Source: Epithemia pelagica (lineage: Eukaryota; Protista; Bacillariophyta). Taken from it: a DNA stretch of 64,000 bases. The notes under the pieces were generated by a model. It was not told the origin of the DNA, searched no databases, and saw only the letters and a list, made by a program, of their open reading frames with translations. The translations under genes and the position numbers were made by a program. Numbering within the stretch: position 1 is the stretch's first letter; each line of letters opens with the position of its first letter. The stretch is taken from positions 6,696,001 through 6,760,000 of the forward strand of contig OX337228.1 in NCBI GenBank assembly GCA_946965045.2, read 5' to 3'. This document shows, piece by piece, positions 63,408-64,000 of this stretch.

Positions 63408-64000
63408 ATGGCTTCCTCATCATTCTCGATAAACCATAGAACCACTACACCAACGTCGGTGATCACGTCCTTGGAAGACACACTTACCCGTTTGGATGAG
63501 TATGAGCTTCCAGAAGACTTCAAGTTGGATAAACCACCGCATCACGGAGATGAAAAGAAAGAAGATAATGTTCCCGCTCTTCTGGAACGATACGAACGTT
63601 TGCGTGAAGGCTACCTCAAAAGCCAAATCACCCATGGTGCATTGGAGCACCTGAAGACTCATGGTTGGGATACTCTTCCCAGCGATGGCTCCGAGGACCT
63701 TCCCACTCTAGAGGAAAGTCATCGACAAATGACCCGATCTTTGGAAGAGACGGCCCAGCAAATGATATCAGTGCAACAGGAGTTACAGACGGACTACCGC
63801 TTGCTGCAGCATCGAAAGGAAGAATTGCGTGAACTGTTGCACGACTTTCAATGCAAAGGCACTATGGATGACAATGACTATTCTTTTTCTTCAGAGTTTC
63901 AAAATTCACTTCTCGCTCAAGACGACGAGGAGTTCGACGAAGAAACTATCCAACGTGGATTGGCCGAACAAGAGGAATTGATGTTTACTCTCCATAAACG
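63408..64000 (+). CDS. Partial coiled-coil protein running off the window end (not in the ORF track)
   Basis: ATG 63408 gives MASSSFSINHR..LLERYERLREGYLKSQI..QQELQTDYRLLQHRKEELRELL.., with no stop found by hand to 64000. Confidence 0.75.
   Translation, partial: MASSSFSINHRTTTPTSVITSLEDTLTRLDEYELPEDFKLDKPPHHGDEKKEDNVPALLERYERLREGYLKSQITHGALEHLKTHGWDTLPSDGSEDLPTLEESHRQMTRSLEETAQQMISVQQELQTDYRLLQHRKEELRELLHDFQCKGTMDDNDYSFSSEFQNSLLAQDDEEFDEETIQRGLAEQEELMFTLHK

Noticed and set aside
1-64000. Autonomous transposon, rRNA, telomeric repeat or bacterial-type operon
   Set aside because: No reverse transcriptase, transposase, integrase, rRNA or telomere signatures were recognised, and intron-containing eukaryotic genes dominate.

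Overview
Gene-dense eukaryotic DNA (~50% GC, short GT-AG introns of 76-120 nt), almost certainly from a diatom: it carries a silicanin-type protein and a bipartite plastid-targeting presequence. Recognisable intact genes are PDS5, a plastid bestrophin-like channel, EMC6, SDHAF1/SDH6, an HMG-box protein, a COPI-associated/TVP15-domain protein, a prolyl-4-hydroxylase-like 2OG-Fe(II) oxygenase, a silicanin-family protein, an NTF2/SnoaL-like protein and an Aurora-like kinase. The centre (18.0-44.5 kb) is a block of six intronless disordered-protein genes, three on the minus strand then three on the plus strand, diverging from one 1.1-kb spacer. Two are TPX2-like paralogues in inverted orientation. 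Tight clusters of AACGG (MSA/MYB3R-like) motifs lie upstream of three of these genes and of the silicanin gene, suggesting a co-regulated G2/M spindle/morphogenesis neighbourhood (inference). Two decay zones (5.2-9.6 kb and 44.8-50.5 kb) hold frameshifted or fragmentary genes, including an ACC-synthase-like aminotransferase pseudogene and a truncated mitochondrial carrier. At 7.70-8.04 kb is a modular hairpin array (ABC-AB-ABC) with a cUUCGg tetraloop and a G.U bias, downstream of a TM/coiled-coil gene ending in RRSARL. All calls are from motif recognition by eye; no database searches were run.
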